A stretch of 64,000 nucleotides of DNA from a phage, in the sequence record PZ151149.1. One strand, given 5' to 3'. The notes beneath the pieces were generated by a model. It saw only the letters and a program-made list of their open reading frames with translations, was not told where the DNA came from and searched no databases. Within the stretch, counting starts at the first letter, position 1; every line of letters begins with the position of its first letter. This document shows positions 54,692-63,660 of the stretch, piece after piece. Made by a program: the position numbers and the translations under genes.

Positions 54692-56083
54692 TCAAATATA
54701 GTCTACTCGATACCTCGCACGGGTAACACCCACATATAATAACTGCATTGCCAATTCAAAGTCAACATTGTCTGTACACATGCAAGGAGTATACAGGAAC
54801 ACGCGGTCTACGCTGATCCCTTGTGACTTATGAATGGTGCAAGCTGGTAATGCTTTTACATTCAAGAACATACGCTTCATCGTCCAGAATGAATCCCAAT
54901 CTGGTTTAAATTTTGGATTCTCTTTCTTCATTTCGCGATATTGTCCGGCGACCGTATTCAGATAGATAGAGAAAATGTTCTTCTGACGTTGTTCTGTCAG
55001 AATGTTGATTTCTACTAAATCCGGTTTATCTGTAGTGATTCCGACTGCATCTAAACCGACTTTCTGATTTAGGATTTCTTTGTCTTCGTCATCATCGACG
55101 CTTTCCACTTTCAGAGTATAGCCTAAAACTGGTTGCGGATCGACCCCCGTGCAACGTAATATAAATTCACGCGGGATGACCTCTTTAACTCGGATCATCT
55201 CACCATTGTTAAAAATAACATTGGGAATCTTCTTCCCGCGTTCATCTCGCAGATATTCGATCAATGGTTCCTGAGTAACCAGAATTTCATCTACAATCAC
55301 TGGTTCATCGGTGTTATAAACGCGCTTACGTACAATTTCATTGAGTTTTTCGACGCTCTTGTTAGTGTAGGCCAGAATACGGTTTTCTAGAAGGTCTTCC
55401 GGCGTTTTAACGGTTTCGAAATAATGCTTCATAAATTCCGGCAGAGTTGAGCTATGGAATACACCCTCGTTACCGCACTGCTTTTCGAATACCCATTTAC
55501 CGTTACGGACAGCGGTCGCCACATCAATGATCGGTGCATTAGATCGTTTAATTTCTGTCAACTCCACGTTTTGAAAATTTTCATCCGTGAAGAAAGGAGA
55601 AATTGACGTTGCACCGCTCGGATCAACTGGTCGTAACTGGTGCGGATCGCCAACTGCAATAACAACAATTCGACCGTTGATACTCTTCATGAGAATATCA
55701 AATAACTTCTTATCGACCATACTCGCTTCATCAACAATGATGATCTGAACATCATCTAGCTTAGGAGTATCTTTTTGCTCAAATACTTGAGTATCTTCAT
55801 AGTTGGTCGGGTTTAGTCGCAGTAGTGCATGTAAAGTAAATGCTTGACGACCTACCGCTTTACTCAAAACTTTTTTAGCTTGGTGGGTAGGCGTTGCCAA
55901 AACCACACCAGTTACACCACGGCGGACCATTTCCTGAACAATGAATTTCATCATTGCGGTTTTACCAGTACCCGCCGCACCACGGACAGTTGTATGCTTC
56001 TTTTGTTCAATGCGTTTCATTAGAACATCAAAAGCATGTTTTTGCCCGTCTGTCAACATATCGAAAGTTAATACTCTGCTCAT
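54692..56083 (-). CDS. dda: Dda-type SF1 DNA helicase
   Basis: 463 aa; Walker A GAAGTGKT, Walker B IIVDEASM; position next to dexA. Confidence 0.8.
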   Translation of the reverse strand: MSRVLTFDMLTDGQKHAFDVLMKRIEQKKHTTVRGAAGTGKTAMMKFIVQEMVRRGVTGVVLATPTHQAKKVLSKAVGRQAFTLHALLRLNPTNYEDTQVFEQKDTPKLDDVQIIIVDEASMVDKKLFDILMKSINGRIVVIAVGDPHQLRPVDPSGATSISPFFTDENFQNVELTEIKRSNAPIIDVATAVRNGKWVFEKQCGNEGVFHSSTLPEFMKHYFETVKTPEDLLENRILAYTNKSVEKLNEIVRKRVYNTDEPVIVDEILVTQEPLIEYLRDERGKKIPNVIFNNGEMIRVKEVIPREFILRCTGVDPQPVLGYTLKVESVDDDEDKEILNQKVGLDAVGITTDKPDLVEINILTEQRQKNIFSIYLNTVAGQYREMKKENPKFKPDWDSFWTMKRMFLNVKALPACTIHKSQGISVDRVFLYTPCMCTDNVDFELAMQLLYVGVTRARYRVDYI

Positions 56084-56397
56084 TATCCTAAAATCCTCAC
56101 CTTGCGAACACAGATAGTATTGAGTTCTCGCCGTACCCGTTCTTTTTCATATTCAGGAATTTTATATTCGATACCATCCCGAACAATTTCAGAAGACCGG
56201 ATTATGCCAAATTTTCGTTTAGGTACAACCTTGTATTTCGGTTCACCTGCCAATAGACTCTCACAATAATCTATCTGATCACACATTGACGCTAACGCAG
56301 CATCATGTGTTTCGCAAGTTAGGACGCGACCTTTCGCGTCCACTGAGTATTGAAAGAATCCGTCTTTATCACGATAACATACAGCAAATACATGCAT
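56083..56397 (-). CDS. hypothetical protein (104 aa)
   Basis: ATG at 56397, stop overlaps dda start. Confidence 0.45.
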   Translation of the reverse strand: MHVFAVCYRDKDGFFQYSVDAKGRVLTCETHDAALASMCDQIDYCESLLAGEPKYKVVPKRKFGIIRSSEIVRDGIEYKIPEYEKERVRRELNTICVRKVRILG

Positions 56398-57152
56398 TAT
56401 AAACCTACCTTCGCTTTCATCAATTCAATCCACGACGCATCAATCGGAAGCCCGTATTTCACGCGTTCTTTTTGTGCTGGCGTTAAGTTCTCATACTTAG
56501 AAAGAGATTCAATCAAAACGCTGGTATATTTTAGCACGATTTCGGTATTGTTTGCAATAGCCTTAAGTTTTTCTTCTTTCTTGTTGATTTCGCTAAGGGC
56601 TTGCTTGAGATCTGCAATTTTCTGATAACGTTCTTCCATACGGAAGAGAGTATTTTTAATCGCTCTCTCGGCTGCCTCTGCTTTCTCCGGTTCGTTGTGC
56701 TTTTTGTGGCGCTCGATTGCTAATTTCTTTTCTTCGATTGCCATTTCCTGATTTTTGATGCGATTCTCGTTAAGTTCGATCCACTCGATGTACTTCGCAC
56801 GTAGGGCAATTTCATCATCAGAAAGTTTACCGTTAGTTCCTAGTTCCTGGATCTCTTTAAGAGATTCGATAGTGTGATTACCACGGAAAGAATTGTATTT
56901 CAGTTTAACTGGAATCACATTGCCATCAACATATCCCAGATTGCAATCAATACGCTCTAAGGAGAGTCCATCATCACCTTCACCAAACTCCTCACCTGAA
57001 TATGCGCAATGAGTCTGGCGATAGATGTTACGCACAGTGACTAAGCTCATAGAGAAGTCTTTGTTACGACGAGAAGCGCCAGCCATGATAGAGTTCAGAC
57101 GGAAAACAACCAGCGCCAATTCTTCGTTAGATTTAAAAGCAAACAGTTTCAT
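56397..57152 (-). CDS. hypothetical protein with C-terminal coiled coil (251 aa)
   Basis: ATG at 57152 after GGAGAA SD and promoter; C-terminal heptad-rich region. Confidence 0.5.
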   Translation of the reverse strand: MKLFAFKSNEELALVVFRLNSIMAGASRRNKDFSMSLVTVRNIYRQTHCAYSGEEFGEGDDGLSLERIDCNLGYVDGNVIPVKLKYNSFRGNHTIESLKEIQELGTNGKLSDDEIALRAKYIEWIELNENRIKNQEMAIEEKKLAIERHKKHNEPEKAEAAERAIKNTLFRMEERYQKIADLKQALSEINKKEEKLKAIANNTEIVLKYTSVLIESLSKYENLTPAQKERVKYGLPIDASWIELMKAKVGL

Positions 57153-57180
57153 AATTGATTCTCCTTAGTTGGTATGTGTG

Positions 57181-57210
57181 TATTATTGTCTATCTGGTTT
57201 GTGTTGTCAA
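57181..57210 (-). promoter_or_regulatory. sigma70-type early promoter cassette
   Basis: TTGACA (57210..57205), 17-18 nt spacer, AATAAT/ATAATA -10. Confidence 0.55.
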
Positions 57211-57213
57211 CAC

Positions 57214-57717
57214 TTAAATTAAAGAAAATTTGTAAATCTCTATCAGGTCGCCATTGCACGCGTAAACTTCCTCAATCTCATCAAGGATCATGGTCGTCCC
57301 TGTCTTGTATATGCACTCGCGCTCATCCGCCAACATAGCATACAAAGACAGTCGAGTAGTCGGATTGTCATATTCTTTAGACACCACTCGGTCAATAGCA
57401 TGTTCGTAATAATTCATGCAAGGCTTGGTGGGTTTTATTGCAATAATCTTTCCTGTTGCATAAACATCGGTTGCAAAGTCCTCTGCTGTTGATTGCAGTG
57501 GCGTAAAGCTCATAGGACGCTCTACAACGAAAGAATCGCCTACAATTAAGGTATCCAGCTTACGACCTTCTCTTTTGCTCACACCGCGATACAAGGCTTC
57601 GTGATGCACTAACCGCTCAGTCTTTTCAATCAATCCATTAAGGATCGACATATCGATATTTTCTTTAGAGTTCATCACTTCATCAATGATGTTAAGTTCT
57701 TCTGGTGTGAATTGCAT
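57214..57717 (-). CDS. Mod-like ADP-ribosyltransferase candidate (167 aa)
   Basis: R-S-ExE-like pattern (ALYRG ... LQSTAED ... ADERECIY); located in the dda-to-61 region where T4 carries modA/modB. Confidence 0.45.
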   Translation of the reverse strand: MQFTPEELNIIDEVMNSKENIDMSILNGLIEKTERLVHHEALYRGVSKREGRKLDTLIVGDSFVVERPMSFTPLQSTAEDFATDVYATGKIIAIKPTKPCMNYYEHAIDRVVSKEYDNPTTRLSLYAMLADERECIYKTGTTMILDEIEEVYACNGDLIEIYKFSLI

Positions 57718-57726
57718 AATAAAAAA

Positions 57727-57750
57727 GCCTCCAATCTTTCGACGGGAGGC
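57727..57750 (-). terminator. possible terminator (hairpin plus U6)
   Basis: GCCTCC ... GGAGGC stem with long loop, followed on minus strand by UUUUUU. Confidence 0.3.
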
Positions 57751-57798
57751 ATAATAAAACCATGATAGAGTAGTGTCAACTATAAAGTGTATGTGATC

Positions 57799-57806
57799 TA
57801 TAAATA
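57799..57806 (+). promoter_or_regulatory. T4-type late promoter TATAAATA for plus-strand HNH gene
   Basis: Exact TATAAATA 30 nt upstream of ATG 57837, AAAGGAG SD. Confidence 0.55.
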
Positions 57807-57836
57807 AGTTTGTCAGAACTAAAAGGAGATCACAAA

Positions 57837-58766
57837 ATGAACTATAAACGTATTTATGATAACCTGATTGAACGTGCTAAGACTAGAACTATCGACGGAT
57901 ATACAGAAAAGCATCACATCATACCACGTTGTATGAATGGAAGCGATGATGATAGCAATCTAGTTAGACTCACCCCAGAGGAACATTACATTGCTCACCT
58001 TCTGTTAGTTAAGATTTACCCAGATAACAGTAAATTGGTTTATGCTGCAAATATGATGTGCGTTTCTTCTGATTCACATAATGGAGAAAGACAGTCAAAT
58101 AAACGTCATGGTTGGTTGCGTAGAAAAATGGCTGAGGCACATAGTAAAAGAATCCGCGATAGAATGGAGAACGATCCTGAATATAGAGCTAAGGTTTCGG
58201 AATGGGCTAGAAAAATGGGTAAAGCCATGAAAGGAGTTAAGCGAGGACCGGAATTTAGCAGAAAGTTGGCAGAAAGAAACAGAAATACCGTGATGAAAGA
58301 AGAAACTAAACGTAAAATCGGGGAAGCCAACAAAGGAAGGAAACGTACAGAAGAATATAAAAGAAAACATAGTGAGCGGTATAAGGGTGAAGGTAATCCG
58401 ATGTATGGTAAACGAGGAAAGGACCATCCGGCATATGGTACTAAACCGTGGAACAACCAAACATCATTTGTTGAGCAGAAAGCATGGTGGCGGTTCGCTG
58501 GCATGTTCTATGACTGGTATCAGATGGATATTGACCGTGGGAAACATAAACGCCACGGTCATAAAAGAATGCTTGATGAATTGGGTTTTGTTGGTTGGCG
58601 AGAAAAAGAGCCAGCCGCAGCAAGACGATCAATTGAAATGTTTGCTAAAGGCTGGAATCCTTATGAAGACCAAGAATGGTTAGATTATATTAATACCCGC
58701 TTTCCAAACGACGATAGTTTTCCGCGTTCTTCAACATATACAAAACAAACAAATCCTTTGCAGTAA
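57837..58766 (+). CDS. HNH homing endonuclease (309 aa) on opposite strand
   Basis: KHHIIPRCMNGSDDDSNLVRLTPEEHYIAH: HNH core; lysine/arginine-rich C-terminal half; only plus-strand gene in a minus-strand block. Confidence 0.7.
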   Translation: MNYKRIYDNLIERAKTRTIDGYTEKHHIIPRCMNGSDDDSNLVRLTPEEHYIAHLLLVKIYPDNSKLVYAANMMCVSSDSHNGERQSNKRHGWLRRKMAEAHSKRIRDRMENDPEYRAKVSEWARKMGKAMKGVKRGPEFSRKLAERNRNTVMKEETKRKIGEANKGRKRTEEYKRKHSERYKGEGNPMYGKRGKDHPAYGTKPWNNQTSFVEQKAWWRFAGMFYDWYQMDIDRGKHKRHGHKRMLDELGFVGWREKEPAAARRSIEMFAKGWNPYEDQEWLDYINTRFPNDDSFPRSSTYTKQTNPLQ

Positions 58767-59208
58767 GACCTAATGCTAGGAATTTACACATAATAAAATG
58801 GAGTTGGTCCACCGCCTCTAGGTATGTTTCTAGACGATCCGCCTCTGGCAAATCACTAAAGAGGCGGTTTCGTGCTTCCATGTGATTTGCTTTCCAGTGT
58901 TTCCATACCGCGCTCGCGTCCTTCCCGTTAGACATTCCACCTAATGAAGTATACAATTCTCGTGTTTCGTCGTCAAGAGCATTATCATTCGCTCGAATAA
59001 AATCTAAAATTTCTCCACACGTTTTCAATTCGTCAATTTTTGCCACCCACGGACGGTCCTTAGACACCTGATCCTGTAACGCTTTTTGCATATTCATCAT
59101 GTGTTGGAACGGGTTATCACCGTTGGCGATGATTTCTTTATATTTTTCTTCTGCAAAATTCAGAGTTTCCGCATTTACTAAGTGTGCACAAGAATTAAAT
59201 TCTGACAT
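58690..59208 (-). CDS. MazG-like nucleotide pyrophosphohydrolase, probable dCTPase (172 aa)
   Basis: Size and position next to primase as T4 gene 56; all-helical sequence; ATG at 59208 with GAGGTGA SD. Confidence 0.45.
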   Translation of the reverse strand: MSEFNSCAHLVNAETLNFAEEKYKEIIANGDNPFQHMMNMQKALQDQVSKDRPWVAKIDELKTCGEILDFIRANDNALDDETRELYTSLGGMSNGKDASAVWKHWKANHMEARNRLFSDLPEADRLETYLEAVDQLHFIMCKFLALGLTAKDLFVLYMLKNAENYRRLESGY

Positions 59209-59222
59209 ATTCACCTCATTAA

Positions 59223-60251
59223 TTAAAATTTACAATATTTCATAAACCGCATTTTAGCCATCAGACCTTGTACGGTGTTTTCTTTGATGTATTCCATGAT
59301 CTGGTCGCGTGTAGCTCCCTCGTCCTGAATCATGGCGTTAACGTCTTTAGAATGCCACGGGCAACGGTCCCACAAAACAATCTTTTCCCCTGCATTGATA
59401 AACTTTTCCAGTCGGTGCATTGTATCGGCAGACCGTGGTTCGGCGTCAAGTACAAACACTCGCTGGTCTGGGAAAGGGATTTCATCTAATCCCAAAGTAC
59501 CGCCAGTAATTGCACACCCGTTATCAATAAACAATGAATCGATCGGACCTTCTAAGAAATACACTGGTTTACTCGGATCAGCACGTTCAAGACCGTAGAC
59601 CTTACTCGCTAACTCATGAGTTTTAATCGTCATATATTTGGTCTTTCCGTAATCCTTTCTCAACGCTCGCCCCTGAATGGATTCTATCTTGTTCTCGCGG
59701 TTAAAGATAGGAATCACTAAACGCGGTTCAGGTTGTGGATTCTTGAAGGTATCAGCTTTAATGTGATTTGCTACCTTTTGCCATTCTCTCGTGAAATACA
59801 GAAGATCCCATTTATCGTGAGGGATGCAACGATCACTGACATACTTTATTATAGGATGATTAGCCGGAAGAGTATCTAATCTCTCGCAGAAAGGCAATGT
59901 TTGCACTTTCTTAATCTCCGGCTTTTCTACCTTTTTCAGTGGCTTAAACGTGGTGTTCTTGTGGTCGCCTTGTTCCTTCCGTCGTTCCATAAGCCATTCC
60001 CTGAATAGGTCCGGCTTATATTGTTTAAGAAATTCACCTAACGGCTGATTGTAGTTACAGTTGAAACAACCACAACGCAAACTATCTTTGTAGGTATAGA
60101 TACGGAATCGCGCTTGAGTATGATTTTTCTTTGAGTCACCGCAGATCGGACAACTACAGACCAGCGTAAATGAGCTAGTATGCAACCGTTTAAAATTTCG
60201 TTCGCCGTATATGGCTTTTTCCGCTATTTCATAATCTGCGTAGTAAATCAT
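59223..60251 (-). CDS. 61: DNA primase
   Basis: 342 aa (same as T4 gp61); N-terminal zinc ribbon CSCPICGDS ... CGCFNCNY; TOPRIM-like core. Confidence 0.8.
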   Translation of the reverse strand: MIYYADYEIAEKAIYGERNFKRLHTSSFTLVCSCPICGDSKKNHTQARFRIYTYKDSLRCGCFNCNYNQPLGEFLKQYKPDLFREWLMERRKEQGDHKNTTFKPLKKVEKPEIKKVQTLPFCERLDTLPANHPIIKYVSDRCIPHDKWDLLYFTREWQKVANHIKADTFKNPQPEPRLVIPIFNRENKIESIQGRALRKDYGKTKYMTIKTHELASKVYGLERADPSKPVYFLEGPIDSLFIDNGCAITGGTLGLDEIPFPDQRVFVLDAEPRSADTMHRLEKFINAGEKIVLWDRCPWHSKDVNAMIQDEGATRDQIMEYIKENTVQGLMAKMRFMKYCKF

Positions 60252-60260
60252 AATAACCTC

Positions 60261-60464
60261 TTATAGCTCAAATTTCATGAAAGTTCCAACACTTTCATTT
60301 TCATTCTCTCCGTTTTCATCTAAGCCAAATTTGTAGACACTACCATCTGGCGATGTGTAAGAGAATACACGAAAACGGCCTACCGGATCAAGTTCTGTAA
60401 ATTCATATTCTTTTCCGGCTTCAAAAAGTGCATATGTGCTTTTAAGACATTTCATCGTAATCAT
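60261..60464 (-). CDS. hypothetical protein (67 aa)
   Basis: ATG at 60464 overlapping stop of upstream membrane peptide (ATGA). Confidence 0.45.
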   Translation of the reverse strand: MITMKCLKSTYALFEAGKEYEFTELDPVGRFRVFSYTSPDGSVYKFGLDENGENENESVGTFMKFEL

Positions 60465-60604
60465 TTAATCGCCACCGATAACAGAATGAGAACTACACCA
60501 ACATACATTGTGATCTCGGATAACTTTTCTGTTTTTGTTTTGTGTCCAGATAATCCGAAAACAACAACACCGATAATAGCGGACAGCAAGCCAACGATAA
60601 ACAT
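60461..60604 (-). CDS. small two-TMD membrane peptide (47 aa)
   Basis: Below track cutoff; MFIVGLLSAIIGVVVFGLSGHKTKTEKLSEITMYVGVVLILLSVAIK. Confidence 0.3.
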   Translation of the reverse strand: MFIVGLLSAIIGVVVFGLSGHKTKTEKLSEITMYVGVVLILLSVAIK

Positions 60605-60611
60605 GATGATA

Positions 60612-60788
60612 CTAAGCACCGTCTTTCTCCTTCTTGCGTTTTTCTTTACCCACTACGCTAGGTCCACGATTGGTAATAGATCCGCTCGTTTCCCCTGCTG
60701 CGATCTTCTCAGGATTGCCGCCAGCATCGCCAGCGGTCATATCTTCTTTGAGTTTATTTTCTTCAACAAACTGTTTAAAGCCAATCAT
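60612..60788 (-). CDS. hypothetical small protein (58 aa)
   Basis: Below track cutoff; ATG at 60788 overlapping stop of upstream gene; glycine- and lysine-rich. Confidence 0.3.
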   Translation of the reverse strand: MIGFKQFVEENKLKEDMTAGDAGGNPEKIAAGETSGSITNRGPSVVGKEKRKKEKDGA

Positions 60789-61162
60789 AGAATAATCTCT
60801 TTCAGTAGGTCAACAATCTGGTCTTTCGTCAGTTTATCCTGATTCTCTACAATCTTGATAACACAAGCATTAACATCTTTTCGAGTAACGCGGGAGATCG
60901 TTTTAATACGATGAAACGGTTCGTAGAAATATACTGCTTCATTATAGAGCGCAGCAATTTTTCGACGCATTTGATCTTTATCTGACAAGAAAACAAGTGC
61001 TGTTTTATGACCTTCTACACCCGCCACGTTATATAGTTCAGCAACACCCCAGCGACCTTCCGGTTCAATCATTCCGGCGTGTTTACCGTCGATAAAAATA
61101 AGAATATCTCCGTTGAATGCGGTTTTGAATGCTACATCTTCCGGCGTAATCATATTTTTCAT
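60785..61162 (-). CDS. hypothetical protein (125 aa)
   Basis: ORF between helicase 41 and primase 61 (61.x region). Confidence 0.5.
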   Translation of the reverse strand: MKNMITPEDVAFKTAFNGDILIFIDGKHAGMIEPEGRWGVAELYNVAGVEGHKTALVFLSDKDQMRRKIAALYNEAVYFYEPFHRIKTISRVTRKDVNACVIKIVENQDKLTKDQIVDLLKEIIL

Positions 61163-61192
61163 AATATAGTCTCCTTAGAGTTTCATTATAGA

Positions 61193-61828
61193 TCAAGCGA
61201 ATGTAGAAAGCAAATGTTTTGTTTCTTTCAGTTGTCGTTCAAGATCTTTGCGTTTCTCTTTAAGTTGCATTTTAGCATTATTTCGCTGTTTTTCAACATC
61301 TTTATCAATACTCTTATTCCAGTTATCAATATCAGAATAAGTTGGCATACCCAATTCTAGACCTAATGCGGTTGGATACAAGGTAACAGTCCATAAACCG
61401 CTAATCTTCTTAAATAGGTCGGGGTGTAGTGTACTATCTACATCTTCCGGTGTCAACTCTTTTTCTTCTTTCAGTGGTGGGATCTCGTCATATGGTTCCA
61501 GTGCATTTACTTTAATGTCAGATACCTCATCAAAGAATCCGCGTACATCCGCAGGAAATACACAAGCAATTTCCCAACCGTGATCACGCAGAGAAGTAAT
61601 ATTTTTCACTCCCCCACCATGTGTGATGATTGATGTGACATTGCCATCAAGGTCCACCGAATTTACGAGAAATGGCTTATCGTCTGTCAGATCATTATAA
61701 AACTGTGCTTCGGCTGTAGTCATCTCCAGAAACAGATCTCGGATCGGACGACCATCAGGTGCGTTACCTTCCTTGAGAGTATAAAAGCGACTTACGATCC
61801 ATTTTGGCGGTAAAGCATTAGCGATCAT
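61193..61828 (-). CDS. hypothetical protein (211 aa)
   Basis: ATG at 61828 with AGGAGA SD; C-terminal coiled coil; 61.x region. Confidence 0.5.
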   Translation of the reverse strand: MIANALPPKWIVSRFYTLKEGNAPDGRPIRDLFLEMTTAEAQFYNDLTDDKPFLVNSVDLDGNVTSIITHGGGVKNITSLRDHGWEIACVFPADVRGFFDEVSDIKVNALEPYDEIPPLKEEKELTPEDVDSTLHPDLFKKISGLWTVTLYPTALGLELGMPTYSDIDNWNKSIDKDVEKQRNNAKMQLKEKRKDLERQLKETKHLLSTFA

Positions 61829-61878
61829 GTTATATCTCCTATCAAATCATTCACCAGCGCCCCGCAGGGCGCATTTTA

Positions 61879-63291
61879 TTAGAAAGTCATGTTATTTGCT
61901 AGCTCGTCGAGTTTTTCTCTTTTCTCGGCTTGCTGTGCGCTTTGTGGTTTAACTTGTGCATTCTCCTGATCTGCGATCTGGTTTGGTACTTCATACCAAC
62001 GCTGATTGCCTTTCTTCACACCAACGTTAAACCGTGAATAATAGTTCTTATCACCGTAACGAGACTTGATCTGCTTCATGAGTTGGACGCCCATTTTAGC
62101 CAGGTCTTCGGTTTCGATAACACCCAACATAAAGTCGGCAGTAGCCGGAAGACCTGCTGATTCAGCGGTATCACTCATGTTAAGGTCGGAAGCATCCCAA
62201 CCCGCGCGGGTAGTCTGTGCCGCAGTCCAACCAACAACATCCCACTTAACAAAAAATCCTCGCAGTTCTTCCGCAATCGCCTTAACTAGTGTGTAACTAT
62301 TTTCAGAGTATACACGCAAGCGAGACGATGCGCAAATCCCCAGATAGTCAACAATCACAACATCAGGTTTAAACTGTTTCTTGAGTCGCAATTCATTCAT
62401 TAACGCCTCAAAGTGATTGGAGTTTGCGCCACCCGTCGGATACTGCTTGATCATCAATTTTCCAACCGGACGATCTCCGATCTTCTTATTCTTAACACGC
62501 TTCATACGTGCGGAATATTCCGCAAAAGAAACATTACCATTATCCAATTCATCTAATGTAATGTCAAGCAAGTTTGCGTCGATACGTTTGGCTACGACAT
62601 GCTCTGCCATCTCCATTGAGATATACAATACATCATAACCACATTCCATATAATCCGCAGCAAGAGAACACAAGCCCAATGATTTGCCAACGTTTACACC
62701 AGCAAGCAACACATTTAGCGTTTTTCTTTCCGCACCTCCTTTCGTGATTTTATTCAACATCGGCAGCTTAAACGGGATCTTATTCGCCTTAGTCTGATAT
62801 AGCAAGAATCGTTTTTCAAAGTCATTAAACCAGTCATGACCTACATCAGAATCAAACGTAATGGATAGTGCTTCCTGCATGATCTCAGGAATAGCACCCT
62901 CACTCGGCAATTTCTTATTCTGTTTCTCTTTTGGTAGTTGTGCGTTCGCCTGAATCTCTAGCGCCCGTGACATTGCATTATACATAGCGCGGTCACGAAT
63001 AAATTTTTCGGTTTCCTTCATTAACCAATCAAGGTCTTCCGGCGTATTCTCCAGCGAATCGAGAAGAGTTTTAGCCCCTTCATATGTTGTCTGATTGCCT
63101 CTCTCCTTGTCTAAAGCAATCTGTAATGCAGTTGGCGTAGGAATATTGGAATATTCGTCTACGTGCTTTTTAATCAGCTTATAAATCAGTTTTTCTTCGT
63201 CTTCGGTGAAGTAGTCCGCTTTAAGATGAGGCCATACATTCGTAAAGAATGCGCCATTGTAAATCAACTGTGAAAAGATAGTTTTAATCAT
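61879..63291 (-). CDS. 41: replicative DnaB-like helicase
   Basis: 470 aa (T4 gp41 475 aa); Walker A GVNVGKS; RecA-like core. Confidence 0.85.
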   Translation of the reverse strand: MIKTIFSQLIYNGAFFTNVWPHLKADYFTEDEEKLIYKLIKKHVDEYSNIPTPTALQIALDKERGNQTTYEGAKTLLDSLENTPEDLDWLMKETEKFIRDRAMYNAMSRALEIQANAQLPKEKQNKKLPSEGAIPEIMQEALSITFDSDVGHDWFNDFEKRFLLYQTKANKIPFKLPMLNKITKGGAERKTLNVLLAGVNVGKSLGLCSLAADYMECGYDVLYISMEMAEHVVAKRIDANLLDITLDELDNGNVSFAEYSARMKRVKNKKIGDRPVGKLMIKQYPTGGANSNHFEALMNELRLKKQFKPDVVIVDYLGICASSRLRVYSENSYTLVKAIAEELRGFFVKWDVVGWTAAQTTRAGWDASDLNMSDTAESAGLPATADFMLGVIETEDLAKMGVQLMKQIKSRYGDKNYYSRFNVGVKKGNQRWYEVPNQIADQENAQVKPQSAQQAEKREKLDELANNMTF

Positions 63292-63605
63292 ACATAGCCC
63301 CCGACTACACGCATAACAAAGGTCTTGAGTTTATACCAGAAAGTTTCCTTTTTCAACTTTTCTTCTGCTTCTTTGATCTGCGCGGTTAACGCCTTAATGA
63401 CGTGAGGATATACCACATCACGATCTGACGGCGTGGAGTAGTCGACCACAATACCTTTAGTGTCTGGATCGTATTCAACATTATGAATATAGACAATATG
63501 ATGCTCTCCCTCTTCATCAACAATTATCAATTCCTGAATAACTGTCTTCATTGCTTCTTGAATCAAGCTGTGTGCTTCTTCTAAACTTGTTGGTTTCTTA
63601 TCCAT
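63288..63605 (-). CDS. hypothetical protein (105 aa) in the syntenic position of gene 40
   Basis: Between uvsX and 41; hydrophobic C-terminus; ATGA overlap with 41. Confidence 0.45.
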   Translation of the reverse strand: MDKKPTSLEEAHSLIQEAMKTVIQELIIVDEEGEHHIVYIHNVEYDPDTKGIVVDYSTPSDRDVVYPHVIKALTAQIKEAEEKLKKETFWYKLKTFVMRVVGGYV

Positions 63606-63660
63606 AATATAATCCTCTCTAGATATGAAAAAGGGGCACGTAGCCCCTTTACTACCATTG

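Noticed and set aside
60486-60842. 118-aa plus-strand ORF
   Set aside because: Antisense to three coupled small minus-strand genes (60261..60788) that have coupled start/stop codons.
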